From positions 9,039 to 73,038 of the IMG/VR virus record IMGVR_UViG_3300032030_000062: a stretch of DNA of 64,000 nucleotides; one strand, written 5' to 3'. The notes under the pieces are model-generated. The model was not told the DNA's origin. It worked only from the letters and a program-made list of their open reading frames with translations, and did not search any database. Shown piece after piece: positions 38,121 to 48,250 of this stretch; position 1 is the stretch's first letter, and the number at the start of each line of letters is the position of its first letter. The position numbers and the translations under genes are program-made. This DNA comes from a virus. Lineage: Duplodnaviria; Caudoviricetes.

Positions 38121-39309
38121 GCGAATAGCTGTAATAAATCCAGTAGGATTTGAGCCTGGAGGAGCGACTACCTTGTGTGTACAATATGCAAAGTTGGGCA
38201 TTGATTGTTGGTTGAAAGATTCGACAATAGATAGAACTTTGAATGCCAATATGTATATTTACACGAATACGGACGAACTGATAAGGGCGATAGATGAAAA
38301 TGAATATGAACGACTACTGTTTTTAAATATGTGGTATGGGAAGATGCCACCAGAAACAGCATTGAATGAGGTTGTGAAAATACGAAATGCACATCCATCA
38401 TTAGAGATATGTCACATAAATTGTAATAGAACACCTCATCATCTTTATAATTTACAAGAGGCATGTAAAAAATGTAATTTTATGTTTGATCATATATTTT
38501 CAATATGTAAAGATATTGATAAGTTTGATTTATGTAATTGGACATATATGAATATAAATGCTTTTGTGCCATTTGCTTATGAACCGGTATCATTAAAAGA
38601 TCGTAAAAACATAATATTTACAGCAGGTAGAATAGAAGGATTTAAGGGTATAATTAAATTTTTAAGTTCGATAGACGATGATTTTATAAAATCATCCGAT
38701 GATTTTACATACTTACATGAAGGTGCAAAGTATAATTGGAATAAGAATGGAACAGGTGTTAGTTGTCCACCACAATTATTGACTATATTTAATACTACAG
38801 TATCTCCTAAAGTTTTGAAATCACAATTTGCATTAAGAAGTTATAGTGAAGAACCAATTAGAAATAAATTTAATATATATCCATTTTATGATGTACGTGA
38901 TATACGAGATAGATGGCGTTATTATTATGCAGGAATTTGTTGTATAGGTGGTACACGATATGGATATAATAAAGTTAGTTCATTATTTGGTAATAAGTTT
39001 GTAATGAAAGATGCCAGAGAACGGACACAATTAGAGAAACAAGTAACAAGATGGAACGATGCATTAGAATATGCTGATATAGAGAAGATAATGTTCGGCA
39101 TTCCAATGTTTATTTCAAGACAATATTCAGAAATTGTTGAATTTAATGATGAAAGATTGATTTATAATTCTTTTTCGGAAATTACAGATAAAGCAAGACT
39201 TTTAAGGGATTGCTATGATGAAGTTAGGCAAAATCAATATGAATGGTTTGTTACTAAAAATAAGGAAACAAATAATAATATAATAAAAGAATTTACAAAG
39301 GAATTATAA
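38113..39309 (+). CDS. GT-B-fold glycosyltransferase-like protein
   Basis: N-terminal IAVINPVGFEPGGAT, IFTAGRIEGFKGI, late LEYADIE..FGIPMFIS; overlaps polA stop. Confidence 0.6.
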   Translation: MNKRIAVINPVGFEPGGATTLCVQYAKLGIDCWLKDSTIDRTLNANMYIYTNTDELIRAIDENEYERLLFLNMWYGKMPPETALNEVVKIRNAHPSLEICHINCNRTPHHLYNLQEACKKCNFMFDHIFSICKDIDKFDLCNWTYMNINAFVPFAYEPVSLKDRKNIIFTAGRIEGFKGIIKFLSSIDDDFIKSSDDFTYLHEGAKYNWNKNGTGVSCPPQLLTIFNTTVSPKVLKSQFALRSYSEEPIRNKFNIYPFYDVRDIRDRWRYYYAGICCIGGTRYGYNKVSSLFGNKFVMKDARERTQLEKQVTRWNDALEYADIEKIMFGIPMFISRQYSEIVEFNDERLIYNSFSEITDKARLLRDCYDEVRQNQYEWFVTKNKETNNNIIKEFTKEL

Positions 39310-39313
39310 TATT

Positions 39314-40174
39314 ATGCGAAAAGATTTTGCCCTTTTTATATGTACTCATGGTAGACCTGATAAACAATTAACATTAAAAACTTTTAAATATCATGGATAT
39401 ACCGGAAAATATTTTTTAATTGTTGATGATACAGATGAAACTATTCAAAAGTATATAGATAATTATGGTGCTGAAAATATAATAGTTTTTAATAAAAATT
39501 ATTATATCAATTCCGATAAATTTGATAACGGTGATAACAAGTTACATGATAAGTGTATTTTATACGCAAAGAGAGCCGCGGAAGATATAGCAAAAGAATA
39601 TGGATATAAATTTTTTATAATTGCAGATGATGATATAACTAATTTAAGTGTGCGTTATCCAAAAGATGGTAAGGCAAAAAGAGTTAGCATAACTAATTTA
39701 GATGACATTCTGAATACTCATATAGAATTTATAGAGGAGACAAATATAGTTTGTTTAGGATTTGGTAATGTTACGCATTATTTTTCTGGTGTTAGCGCAT
39801 TTAACTGGAATAACTCAAAACATAGATTATTACCTTATCAGTTATTGTTGAGAAATGGTAAATTTAGTGTTAATTGGTTATCATGGTTTGCCGAAGATGA
39901 TGTTACAGAGTATCAAAGCTGTATGCTCGGTAATTTATGGTTAGTTTCGTTATTCGTGATGTACGATATTGAACCTGTTGGCGATATAAACGTAACTGGT
40001 GGTATGGTTGATGTATATAAACAAAATGATCTATTTAGTTTGCAGTTTAATGCGGTTAAATATTGTCCTCAAAGAATAACATTACGCAATCATAGAAAAA
40101 ACGGTAAGATTGTTATGGACAGACATAATGAGATTTGTTTTCCAAAAATATTAAGTTGGAGGTATCAGAAGTGA
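39314..40174 (+). CDS. GT-A glycosyltransferase, TET-associated (TAGT)/GREB1-like, paralog 1
   Basis: FICTHGRP, LIVDDTD, IIADDDI, EDDV, GGM motifs. Confidence 0.75.
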   Translation: MRKDFALFICTHGRPDKQLTLKTFKYHGYTGKYFLIVDDTDETIQKYIDNYGAENIIVFNKNYYINSDKFDNGDNKLHDKCILYAKRAAEDIAKEYGYKFFIIADDDITNLSVRYPKDGKAKRVSITNLDDILNTHIEFIEETNIVCLGFGNVTHYFSGVSAFNWNNSKHRLLPYQLLLRNGKFSVNWLSWFAEDDVTEYQSCMLGNLWLVSLFVMYDIEPVGDINVTGGMVDVYKQNDLFSLQFNAVKYCPQRITLRNHRKNGKIVMDRHNEICFPKILSWRYQK

Positions 40175-40572
40175 GTGCCTTATTTACTGTTGCATCAAAG
40201 TTAGTGGATGAAAATAATAAGTATACTAAAAAAGTTCAAATTCCACAATACGTTCCAGATAAAGTTTGCCCAAAACTGGATGAATTGAGTAATATTCAAA
40301 AATATGGTAAACTAATCGCACATATAAATAATTCCAATGTGTCAGATGATGAGAAAAAGTTTTTGCGATTCGCGGCAAGTAGACATATAATATTTAATTA
40401 TGCAAAGATAGCGGATTATTATGCTCATGCAAGCAAAGAAATGCAGGAGTTAATGGAAGAATCCGCACTTGTTATAATTGATATTGATGATGCAATAGCA
40501 AATGGTTATGTTAAACTAAGCAAGGAAATTATGGACATAGTAGAAACTTCTGGTAGAAATACAAAAACTTGA
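40171..40572 (+). CDS. Conserved glycosyltransferase-associated protein
   Basis: YTKKVQIPQY, FLRFAASRH..FNYAKIADYYAHA..MQELMEESALVIID; GTG start overlapping upstream stop. Confidence 0.7.
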   Translation: MSALFTVASKLVDENNKYTKKVQIPQYVPDKVCPKLDELSNIQKYGKLIAHINNSNVSDDEKKFLRFAASRHIIFNYAKIADYYAHASKEMQELMEESALVIIDIDDAIANGYVKLSKEIMDIVETSGRNTKT

Positions 40573-40582
40573 GGACATATAC

Positions 40583-41440
40583 ATGCGAAACGATTTTGCC
40601 GTTTTTATATTAAGTCATGGTAGGGGAAATAATGTAAAAACAGTAATTACATTATTGAAGTATGGATATACTGGCAACTGGTATATTATTATTGATGATG
40701 AAGATAATCAATCGGATAAATATTATAGAAACTACGGAAAAGATCATGTAATTATGTTCAGTAAACAAGAGATGGACAATAAGTTTGACATAATGGATAA
40801 TTTTACTGGACGATCAGTTCCAACATTTGCCAGAAATGCTGTATATGAAATAGCCAATCGATTGAATTTAAAATATTTTCTGGAAGCTGATGATGATTTA
40901 ACATGTTTTAGGCATAGATATTTAGATAGCAAGGGAAAGTTATGTACTAAATATATAACAGATATGGATTCTGTTATAGAAAGATATTTAGAGTACATGG
41001 ATAATACAAATATAACGGTTCTTGCATTCGCACAAACTGGAGATTTGATCGGTGGAAAAGAATCTAAAATGTATTCAGATGTATATAGACGAAAAGCAAT
41101 GCAAGGATTTATTGTGAGAGTTTCAGATCCTATAGAATATGTAGGAAGATTTAACGATGATGTTAATGCCTACGTAGATCATGGAAAGCGTGGAAAATTA
41201 TTTTTAACTTTTCGTGATATTGTTATGGACACTGCCGAAACACAAGTACAGAGTGGAGGAATTTCACAAATGTATTTAACATATGGCACTTATGTTAAAT
41301 CATTTTATTCTGTTATGTTATGTCCAAGTTCTGTTTTTATTGATATGATGGGAATGAATCATAGACGCATTCATCATATGATAAATTGGGAAACTTGTGT
41401 ACCAAAAATTATAAGTAGTGATTTCAGAAAGGAGAATTAA
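40583..41440 (+). CDS. GT-A glycosyltransferase, TAGT/GREB1-like, paralog 2
   Basis: FILSHGRG, IIIDDED, FLEADDDL, GRFNDDVN, QSGG, RRIHH..W...PKI. Confidence 0.8.
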   Translation: MRNDFAVFILSHGRGNNVKTVITLLKYGYTGNWYIIIDDEDNQSDKYYRNYGKDHVIMFSKQEMDNKFDIMDNFTGRSVPTFARNAVYEIANRLNLKYFLEADDDLTCFRHRYLDSKGKLCTKYITDMDSVIERYLEYMDNTNITVLAFAQTGDLIGGKESKMYSDVYRRKAMQGFIVRVSDPIEYVGRFNDDVNAYVDHGKRGKLFLTFRDIVMDTAETQVQSGGISQMYLTYGTYVKSFYSVMLCPSSVFIDMMGMNHRRIHHMINWETCVPKIISSDFRKEN

Positions 41441-41441
41441 C

Positions 41442-41615
41442 ATGATTATTCCAGTAGAATTGAATATTACAGAACAGGATTTAGGTAAGTTGAAAAAGAA
41501 AATTTTGTATGATAACAAGTTCGGTGATATTAAATTTGTTTTAGATGGTGCTGTTATATGTGAATCTCCTGTTGTGCTTGAAAAGTTGTTAGTTCATTTG
41601 GAGGAAATAAAATGA
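41442..41615 (+). CDS. Small hypothetical protein
   Basis: AAGGAG RBS, ATG 41442. Confidence 0.55.
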   Translation: MIIPVELNITEQDLGKLKKKILYDNKFGDIKFVLDGAVICESPVVLEKLLVHLEEIK

Positions 41616-42340
41616 AAATAGGTTATTTTCCTATGGTAGCTGATGTTCTACACGCTGGTCATATATTAGCAATAAAGGAAGCAAGATCAAAATGTGATTA
41701 TTTAATAGTTGGATTATACTGTAAACCAGAACGTAAACCAAATATTGTTCAAAGTATATTTGAACGGTATGTTCAATTATCTGCGATTAGTTATGTGGAT
41801 GAAGTAATACCATATGAAAATTCGGAAGATGCGTGTCGTGTAATATTATCATTAAAATTTGATGTATATTTTCTTGGAGCAGATTATAAAAATAAAAGTT
41901 TTGAAGGACAAGATTTATTAAAAAATTTGAATAAGGAAATTTGTTATATATCAAGAAATCATACTATGAGCAGTTCCGAATTAAAATCTAATATTGTAGC
42001 TACTTCCAAAGAAGCAAAATCTGGTAAGATAATTGCTGTAGACTTTGATGGATGTATATGCAGTTTAAATTGGCCAAATATAGGTGATCCAAATTGGGAA
42101 GTAATCAACGCTCTTAAAAAAGAAAAAGAATGTGGAGCAAAATTGATTTTATGGACTTGTAGATCTGGTAACTTATTGCAATCGGCTTTAGATGCGTGTA
42201 ATGAATGGGGAATACAGTTTGATGCAGTTAATGAAAATTTACCGGAGCGTCTTTTAAAATATGGATATTCTGAATCCAGAAAAATAAGTGCCGATGAATA
42301 CTGGGATGATTTAGCCGTTTTAAAAGGAAATAATAATTAA
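41612..42340 (+). CDS. Cytidylyltransferase (TagD-like) fused to HAD-family phosphatase
   Basis: ADVLHAGH, RYVQL..ISYVDEVIPY, GADY, SSSELK; then IIAVDFDGCI, WTCR, KISADEYWDD. Confidence 0.85.
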   Translation: MKIGYFPMVADVLHAGHILAIKEARSKCDYLIVGLYCKPERKPNIVQSIFERYVQLSAISYVDEVIPYENSEDACRVILSLKFDVYFLGADYKNKSFEGQDLLKNLNKEICYISRNHTMSSSELKSNIVATSKEAKSGKIIAVDFDGCICSLNWPNIGDPNWEVINALKKEKECGAKLILWTCRSGNLLQSALDACNEWGIQFDAVNENLPERLLKYGYSESRKISADEYWDDLAVLKGNNN

Positions 42341-42361
42341 CATAAAATGGGAGGAATTGTT

Positions 42362-42613
42362 ATGCAAGTCATTAAAAGAGTATTTACACAGATTCATACC
42401 AGAAAACTTGATCGGTCAGTAGCACATAGAAATATGGAACGGTCACATATACGTCATGTTAATAGACATGATTATAGTACCTATAAAACTATGTCAGGAA
42501 TGACAGTACAGGAATATATTCCGAGTTATTTTGCAAGACATTGGAGAGATTATGTTGATATACCTACTGTAGATTTAAGGAGGAGTAAGCATGAAGAACT
42601 TGAAATTCGGTAA
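42362..42613 (+). CDS. Hypothetical protein
   Basis: GGGAGG RBS. Confidence 0.6.
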   Translation: MQVIKRVFTQIHTRKLDRSVAHRNMERSHIRHVNRHDYSTYKTMSGMTVQEYIPSYFARHWRDYVDIPTVDLRRSKHEELEIR

Positions 42614-42785
42614 GATTAAGATTTATTTTCGTGATGGAAAAGTTGATGTTATTCCAAAAAAGTTATGGGATGATTATGAATACAATGGATCTTTATTTAT
42701 TGTAAAACGCTGTGGCGCATGGGTATATACTTATAATATTGGTGATATTTCTTGTATCATTGTAAATAATAAGAAAGTAAAATGA
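42591..42785 (+). CDS. Hypothetical protein
   Basis: AGGAGG RBS. Confidence 0.6.
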   Translation: MKNLKFGKIKIYFRDGKVDVIPKKLWDDYEYNGSLFIVKRCGAWVYTYNIGDISCIIVNNKKVK

Positions 42786-42973
42786 TAACAAATGTTTATG
42801 TTCAGGATTTACCAGGACAGGAGTTAAAATTATGGTGTTCTTGTATTTCTTGTGGAAAATCATATGAGCAGGATCATAAAATGATACAACTAACCTTTAA
42901 AAGTGATAGCGGAACAGGAACAGTTATCAATCTTTGTGATAAGTGCCGCAAAGAATTATATGAGATTTTGTAA
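42782..42973 (+). CDS. Zn-finger hypothetical protein
   Basis: CISC..LCDKC. Confidence 0.55.
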   Translation: MITNVYVQDLPGQELKLWCSCISCGKSYEQDHKMIQLTFKSDSGTGTVINLCDKCRKELYEIL

Positions 42974-42990
42974 TTTCGGAGGAATAGTAT

Positions 42991-44088
42991 ATGAAACTTA
43001 CAATTAAAACTGAAAAGCTGAAAGAAATGGTATCTCGTGCAGTAAAGGGAGTAGGTAATAATAAACTTATTCCGCTTACAAGTCTTATGTGTATTGAATT
43101 AAAGGATAATAAACTTACTCTTATTACCACGGATGCTACAAATTATTTGTATATAACAGAGGACAAGGTTATCGCAGATGATTTTTATGCCGTAGTAGAT
43201 GCTAACATGTTTTCTAAATTGATTTCAAAAATGACCTGTGATAATATTACATTAGAAATAAAGACAGGTATTCTCAGTGTGAAGGGAAACGGAAATTATA
43301 AGATTGAACTTCCGCTGGATGAAAACGGTGAACCTATTAAATATCCTGATCCTTATGAAAAGTTGTGTGATGTATCGTCAGATGTAGGAACAATCAATAG
43401 AACAACTATTCAGGTTATTCTTGAAACAATTAAACCAGCACTCGCAACAACACTTGAAAATCCTTGTTATACAGGATATTATGTCGGAGATAATATTGTT
43501 GCAACAGATACATATAAAATTGCAAGTATGGGAGTTAAATTGTTTGAGTCTGATCCTAAGCTTGTTAGTGCTGAATTGTTAGATTTACTGGCTGTAATGA
43601 ATGCAGAAAAGATCAGAGTGGAAACATCTGATAACGATGTAATATTTATTACGCCCGATTGCATTGTATGCGGTAAGTTTATGGAAGGCATCGATGATTA
43701 TGCTATTGATGCAATCACTGATTTAGTAAATACTGAAATTGATAGCTTTTGTTCCGTGCCTAAGAGCGCATTGTTACAGTTATTGGATAGACTTTCATTG
43801 TTTGTCGGTACTTATGATAAAAATGCAGTACATCTTACATTTACAAATGAAGGATTGCAAGTATCATCTAAAGCGGCGAACGGTATTGAATTGATAAAGT
43901 ATGTTGTAAGCGATAACTTTAAGGACTTCACCTGTTCTATTGATATTCAGATGTTGACGCAGGAAGTAAAGGCAATTCAGAGTGATGTTATCGAAATGTA
44001 TTATGGCGAAGATAATGCTATTAAGATGACAGATGGTAATATAACAATAATTGTCGCATTATTAGAGGATGATGATATGGAAGAATAA
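42991..44088 (+). CDS. dnaN: DNA polymerase III beta sliding clamp
   Basis: 365 aa; LITTDATN, VATDTYK, LDRLSLF; three-domain clamp pattern. Confidence 0.88.
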   Translation: MKLTIKTEKLKEMVSRAVKGVGNNKLIPLTSLMCIELKDNKLTLITTDATNYLYITEDKVIADDFYAVVDANMFSKLISKMTCDNITLEIKTGILSVKGNGNYKIELPLDENGEPIKYPDPYEKLCDVSSDVGTINRTTIQVILETIKPALATTLENPCYTGYYVGDNIVATDTYKIASMGVKLFESDPKLVSAELLDLLAVMNAEKIRVETSDNDVIFITPDCIVCGKFMEGIDDYAIDAITDLVNTEIDSFCSVPKSALLQLLDRLSLFVGTYDKNAVHLTFTNEGLQVSSKAANGIELIKYVVSDNFKDFTCSIDIQMLTQEVKAIQSDVIEMYYGEDNAIKMTDGNITIIVALLEDDDMEE

Positions 44089-44097
44089 GTAATAGAT

Positions 44098-44145
44098 AAA
44101 GCTACTGATGGTAAAGCGTTTTATTTGCTGTCAGTAGCTTTATTT
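44098..44145 (+). terminator. Terminator-like hairpin
   Basis: AAAGCTACTGA/TCAGTAGCTTT. Confidence 0.6.
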
Positions 44146-44148
44146 TGC

Positions 44149-44177
44149 TTGTAATTTAGTCGTATATGTTATATAAT
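44149..44177 (+). promoter_or_regulatory. Sigma-A promoter
   Basis: TTGTAA-17-TATAAT with ATGTTA upstream of -10. Confidence 0.6.
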
Positions 44178-44220
44178 ATTTATGTAACATATAAACAAAC
44201 TCAAAAAAGGAGAATAGTAT

Positions 44221-45012
44221 ATGGCAAGACAATCGTTAAAAAATGTGTGCAGGTTAATAAATGCGGCTAAAGAAGTATTATCACCAGAACAGGAGTTTTT
44301 AAATGATCTGAAGAGGTCTATTGAATTAAATGCTGATAAAGGACAAAGATTACCAAGTAAGACATATAAACCATCTGGTATGAATTGTATTCGTGCAAGT
44401 TATTATCAAGTATCTGGTATTGAACCTGATCTGTCAAGTTCAAATTATACGTTAGTTGGTATATGTAATAGTGGAACAGATATTCACGTTCGGATTCAGA
44501 CTGCTGTTGAGCAAATGAAGGAGAATAACATTGATTGTGAATATATAGATGTGGCAGAATTTGTAAAACAAAGAAATTTGGATTATCTCACTATTGTTTC
44601 TAAGAATGGTATGGAAACAAAGTTGTATTACGAAAAATTAAATCTGTCGTTTATGTGTGACGGTATTATAAGATACAAAGGACATTATTATATTCTTGAA
44701 TTAAAAACAGAGAATAGTTATAAATTTACGAATAGGCATGAAGTTGATCCATCACATTACAATCAGGGAACAGCTTATTCAATAGCATTCAATATTCCTG
44801 AGGTATTATTTATATATATTAGTAGAGATGTGTTAGACATGAAAGCTTTTATGTTTGTGCCTACAGATGAGATGAAACAGAATCTTATAGGCTATATAGA
44901 GGAATGCAACGGGTATGTATCAAGAATGATAGCACCTCCGAAACCAGAAAATGTAAGTAAAAAAGCGTGTTCTTATTGCGGATATAAAAATCAATGTAAG
45001 AAGGATGGCTAA
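44221..45012 (+). CDS. PD-(D/E)XK exonuclease, Cas4/RecB-like
   Basis: PSGMNC, GTDIH, CDGII..ILELKT, Q..AY, C-terminal CxxCxxxxxC. Confidence 0.85.
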   Translation: MARQSLKNVCRLINAAKEVLSPEQEFLNDLKRSIELNADKGQRLPSKTYKPSGMNCIRASYYQVSGIEPDLSSSNYTLVGICNSGTDIHVRIQTAVEQMKENNIDCEYIDVAEFVKQRNLDYLTIVSKNGMETKLYYEKLNLSFMCDGIIRYKGHYYILELKTENSYKFTNRHEVDPSHYNQGTAYSIAFNIPEVLFIYISRDVLDMKAFMFVPTDEMKQNLIGYIEECNGYVSRMIAPPKPENVSKKACSYCGYKNQCKKDG

Positions 45013-45199
45013 TATGAAAGTGCAGGTTATATTTAATGACTTGAAAACAGATGGTGCTATGCCAGCTACATGTGAATTAACTGTTGGATATGGAGAACAA
45101 TCAGAATTTTTAAATTTAAGGTTCGATGATCTTGATTTAGAAGTAGCTATTCCATTGTATTATATAGGATTAGTGTTAGGAGGTGAAGAACACGGATAA
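45005..45199 (+). CDS. Hypothetical protein
   Basis: Overlapping ORF, 64 aa. Confidence 0.55.
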   Translation: MANMKVQVIFNDLKTDGAMPATCELTVGYGEQSEFLNLRFDDLDLEVAIPLYYIGLVLGGEEHG

Positions 45200-45744
45200 T
45201 GGCTGTTAATAGAGGGAAACGGTTTGAAGATGTTATACGCAAATCTTTTGAGCGTGTCGAAGGTGTTTCTATTGACCGTCTAAATGATAATACCGCTGGA
45301 TTTAAGGGGATCGCGGGTATTTGTGATTTCATAGTATATAAAGAGCCGTATGAATATTATATAGAATGTAAATCCGTACATGGAAATACATTGAGTATTC
45401 ATAGTAACGATCCTAAACATAAATATGGAAATATAACAAATACTCAATGGGAAGGACTTTTAGAGAAATCAAAAATAGAAGGTGTATTTGCAGGAATTAT
45501 TTGTTGGTGGATAGATAAAGATGTTACCGCATTTATACCGATTTGGTATCTCGATTATTTAAAACAAAATCAAAAGGTAAAAAGTATCAATGTAAATTCA
45601 ATGTTAAAAGAAAGCGAAGAATTGGAAAAATATTTTGATTTTAAAAATCCACACTTTATACAGATAAAAGGAAAAAAGAAAAGAGTTTTCTTTGATTATG
45701 ACATGGAGGAATTTTTTAATGTCTTTACAGACTGTGTTAGATAA
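45199..45744 (+). CDS. recU: Holliday junction resolvase RecU
   Basis: NRGKRFE, CDF..Y..IECKS, Q...L motifs. Confidence 0.85.
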   Translation: MAVNRGKRFEDVIRKSFERVEGVSIDRLNDNTAGFKGIAGICDFIVYKEPYEYYIECKSVHGNTLSIHSNDPKHKYGNITNTQWEGLLEKSKIEGVFAGIICWWIDKDVTAFIPIWYLDYLKQNQKVKSINVNSMLKESEELEKYFDFKNPHFIQIKGKKKRVFFDYDMEEFFNVFTDCVR

Positions 45745-46729
45745 TTTACCACAATTTAAAAGTGATGAGATTATAAAAGCATTTGTTAAAGGATATTCAA
45801 TTATAAATAATCCAATGTATAAACGTCCTATTTGTTCAATTTCCGGCGGCTCAGATAGTGATGTAATGCTTGACATTATTCATAGAATAGACGAACAAAA
45901 GAAAGTAACTTATGTTTGGTTTGATACTGGACTTGAGTATAAGGCCACAAAAGAACATCTAAAATACCTTGAAAATAGATATGACATAAAAATCCATAGA
46001 GAGAGAGCAATTAAACCAATTCCTCTTTGTACAAGAAAGTATGGACAGCCGTTTTTGAATAAGTTTGTATCCGAGCATTTAGGAAGATTGCAGTATCATA
46101 ATTTCGTTTGGGAAGATGGTACATTTGAAGAATTATGTGAAAAGTATACTAAGTGTGTAGGTTCAATTAAGTTTTGGTGTAATAAATATCCAGTTAAAGA
46201 TGGATATACAAAGTCCAAGCTTAATATTAACTATAATAAATGGTTAAAAGAATTTGTTATGATGAATCCGCCTACGTTTACAATTTCCAGTAAATGTTGT
46301 TACTATGCAAAGAAAAAACCTTCTCATGATTTGATGAAAAAGTTAGGCTGTGATTTAGTTATTATAGGTGTTCGCAAAGCAGAAGGTGGTATTCGTGCTT
46401 TACAATATAAGAATTGTTATACTCAGGGAGAGAATCAATATCGACCATTATTTTGGTTTAATGATAGTGATAAACAGATATATGCAGAAGCATTTGATAT
46501 AATACATTCAGAGTGTTATGAAAGATGGGGATTCAAAAGAACTGGTTGTGTAGGATGTCCGTATGGACTTAATTTGACAGAGGAATTAGCTATTGTACAG
46601 AAGTATGAGCCAAATTTATATAAAGCTGCCAATAATGTATTTAAAGAAAGTTATGAGTATACAAAACAATATAGACAGTTTGTAAGAGAAATGAAAGATA
46701 AAGAAAGAGGAAGGAGAAAGTTATTTTAA
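45719..46729 (+). CDS. PAPS reductase-family (PP-loop, Fe-S) protein
   Basis: SISGGSDS, FDTGLEY, CC..AKK, IGVRKAE, RTGCVGCP. Confidence 0.88.
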   Translation: MSLQTVLDNLPQFKSDEIIKAFVKGYSIINNPMYKRPICSISGGSDSDVMLDIIHRIDEQKKVTYVWFDTGLEYKATKEHLKYLENRYDIKIHRERAIKPIPLCTRKYGQPFLNKFVSEHLGRLQYHNFVWEDGTFEELCEKYTKCVGSIKFWCNKYPVKDGYTKSKLNINYNKWLKEFVMMNPPTFTISSKCCYYAKKKPSHDLMKKLGCDLVIIGVRKAEGGIRALQYKNCYTQGENQYRPLFWFNDSDKQIYAEAFDIIHSECYERWGFKRTGCVGCPYGLNLTEELAIVQKYEPNLYKAANNVFKESYEYTKQYRQFVREMKDKERGRRKLF

Positions 46730-46936
46730 ATGAACTATCTATGTCCTAAATGTGGAAGTTTTATGCAAACAATTGTGACAGCATCTATACCAGCTATGGT
46801 ACGTTATGCGTGTTTTAATTGTGGTTATAAATCTAAGTCAGAAAAAGAACCATTGTATATGACTTTACCAAAAGAACTTTGGTCAGATGATGCTAAAATT
46901 GAGTAAGTGTAAAAAAATTATTGGGAGGATAAGTTA

Positions 46937-47344
46937 ATGATTATTGTTATTATGTTTTTAGCTACAGTATTATTAGGTGTAATAACATGGGCCACCTATT
47001 GGAAGTTTGAAACTGAAATTATTTGTTGTATATCACTCCTATTGACAGTTATATCAGGTATAATAACAACCTTCATGTTGATTAGTTGTATTTTTGTCCA
47101 CATTCCATTTTGCAAAAATCAGAGGTTAATTGAATATGAACAGAAATATATAACCATTACTCAGGCGATAAATACTGATGTTAGTAATATAATTATATTG
47201 GCAGATCAAATAGCCGAATATAATTCGGATATACTTAAAGGAAGAATGATGCAAGATAGTAAATATTTTAATGTGTTAAATTATGATTTTTATTATGATT
47301 TGCCCCTTATTGAATTAAATGGAGTTAATAGTGATGCCGAATAG
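46937..47344 (+). CDS. Membrane protein (2 TM)
   Basis: Two hydrophobic helices then soluble tail. Confidence 0.65.
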   Translation: MIIVIMFLATVLLGVITWATYWKFETEIICCISLLLTVISGIITTFMLISCIFVHIPFCKNQRLIEYEQKYITITQAINTDVSNIIILADQIAEYNSDILKGRMMQDSKYFNVLNYDFYYDLPLIELNGVNSDAE

Positions 47345-47573
47345 ACGTAAAGATTATAAAAATATGGATAAGTATCGAAAAACCAAAAAAGAACAAAGTA
47401 CACGATATAGATTAAGAACAGGAGCATTTTTATATCCTCGTAGACCGTGGGAAGAATGGGAAGATGAACTTGTGCTGGAACATAGTTATAAGGACACTGA
47501 ATTAGCAGTTAAATTGGAACGATCAGTACAAGCTATACAGAATCGTAGATGGAGACTTAATCATGAAATTTAA
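47334..47573 (+). CDS. Myb/HTH-like DNA-binding protein
   Basis: WEEWEDELV..ELAVKLERSVQAIQNRRWRL. Confidence 0.65.
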   Translation: MPNRRKDYKNMDKYRKTKKEQSTRYRLRTGAFLYPRRPWEEWEDELVLEHSYKDTELAVKLERSVQAIQNRRWRLNHEI

Positions 47574-48093
47574 TTTAACAGATGAAGAACTGGACAAAAT
47601 TCACGATATAAAAGATGATGTAGAAGGAAAATCTACAGTTATTGATGAGATTGTCAATAGTATTATTCAACCGTATTGTAAAGACCTTGATAAGTATGTG
47701 CTTTTTATCAAAGATTGTTTAAAAGATGGTGAAAATCCACCAACTACAGATGAACTTGATGATTTTTGTCTTAATTTATCTACTTATATTTATTTTGCCG
47801 GTGGTATGTGTGAACAGCTTGGAATTAGGGATGATATAGCAAAAGCGGTGTACAAAGAAATGTATCACACAGCAAGGGCAAGTCAAGATAAGGGTACTGT
47901 AGCAGATAAAGATAGTTTGGCAGAGTTGGCAAGTCAGGAACAGTTTATAGTATCATCGTCTTATACACGCGCTTATAAGACGATGAGATCAAAGGTAGAA
48001 AATGCACAAGAACTTTTAGGAAGTGTTAAGAAAGTTTTATCTAGGCGTATGTCAGAAATGGAACTTACGAGAATGGGAGGTAGTGGTAAATGA
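47563..48093 (+). CDS. Conserved hypothetical protein
   Basis: 176-aa helical ORF, GTVADK motif. Confidence 0.7.
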   Translation: MKFNLTDEELDKIHDIKDDVEGKSTVIDEIVNSIIQPYCKDLDKYVLFIKDCLKDGENPPTTDELDDFCLNLSTYIYFAGGMCEQLGIRDDIAKAVYKEMYHTARASQDKGTVADKDSLAELASQEQFIVSSSYTRAYKTMRSKVENAQELLGSVKKVLSRRMSEMELTRMGGSGK

Positions 48094-48250
48094 ATAAAGA
48101 TTATATGGATAAAATTATTAGCATATTGGATGATGCAAGCGAACATGAGTCATTGGATGATTATTCGATTTTGCTTGATAATGTGATAACAGAAGCGGCA
48201 GGTAGAATGGACACATTAGATTGTGCCAGTTGTTGTGTGGGGGACTAAAG

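Noticed and set aside
44221-45012. Cas4 as part of a CRISPR system
   Set aside because: Solo Cas4-like/PD-(D/E)XK nuclease next to recU in a recombination context; no cas1/cas2 or array.
45719-46729. Dnd phosphorothioation system
   Set aside because: Only a DndC-family-like gene is present; no DndA/B/D/E homologs are recognisable.
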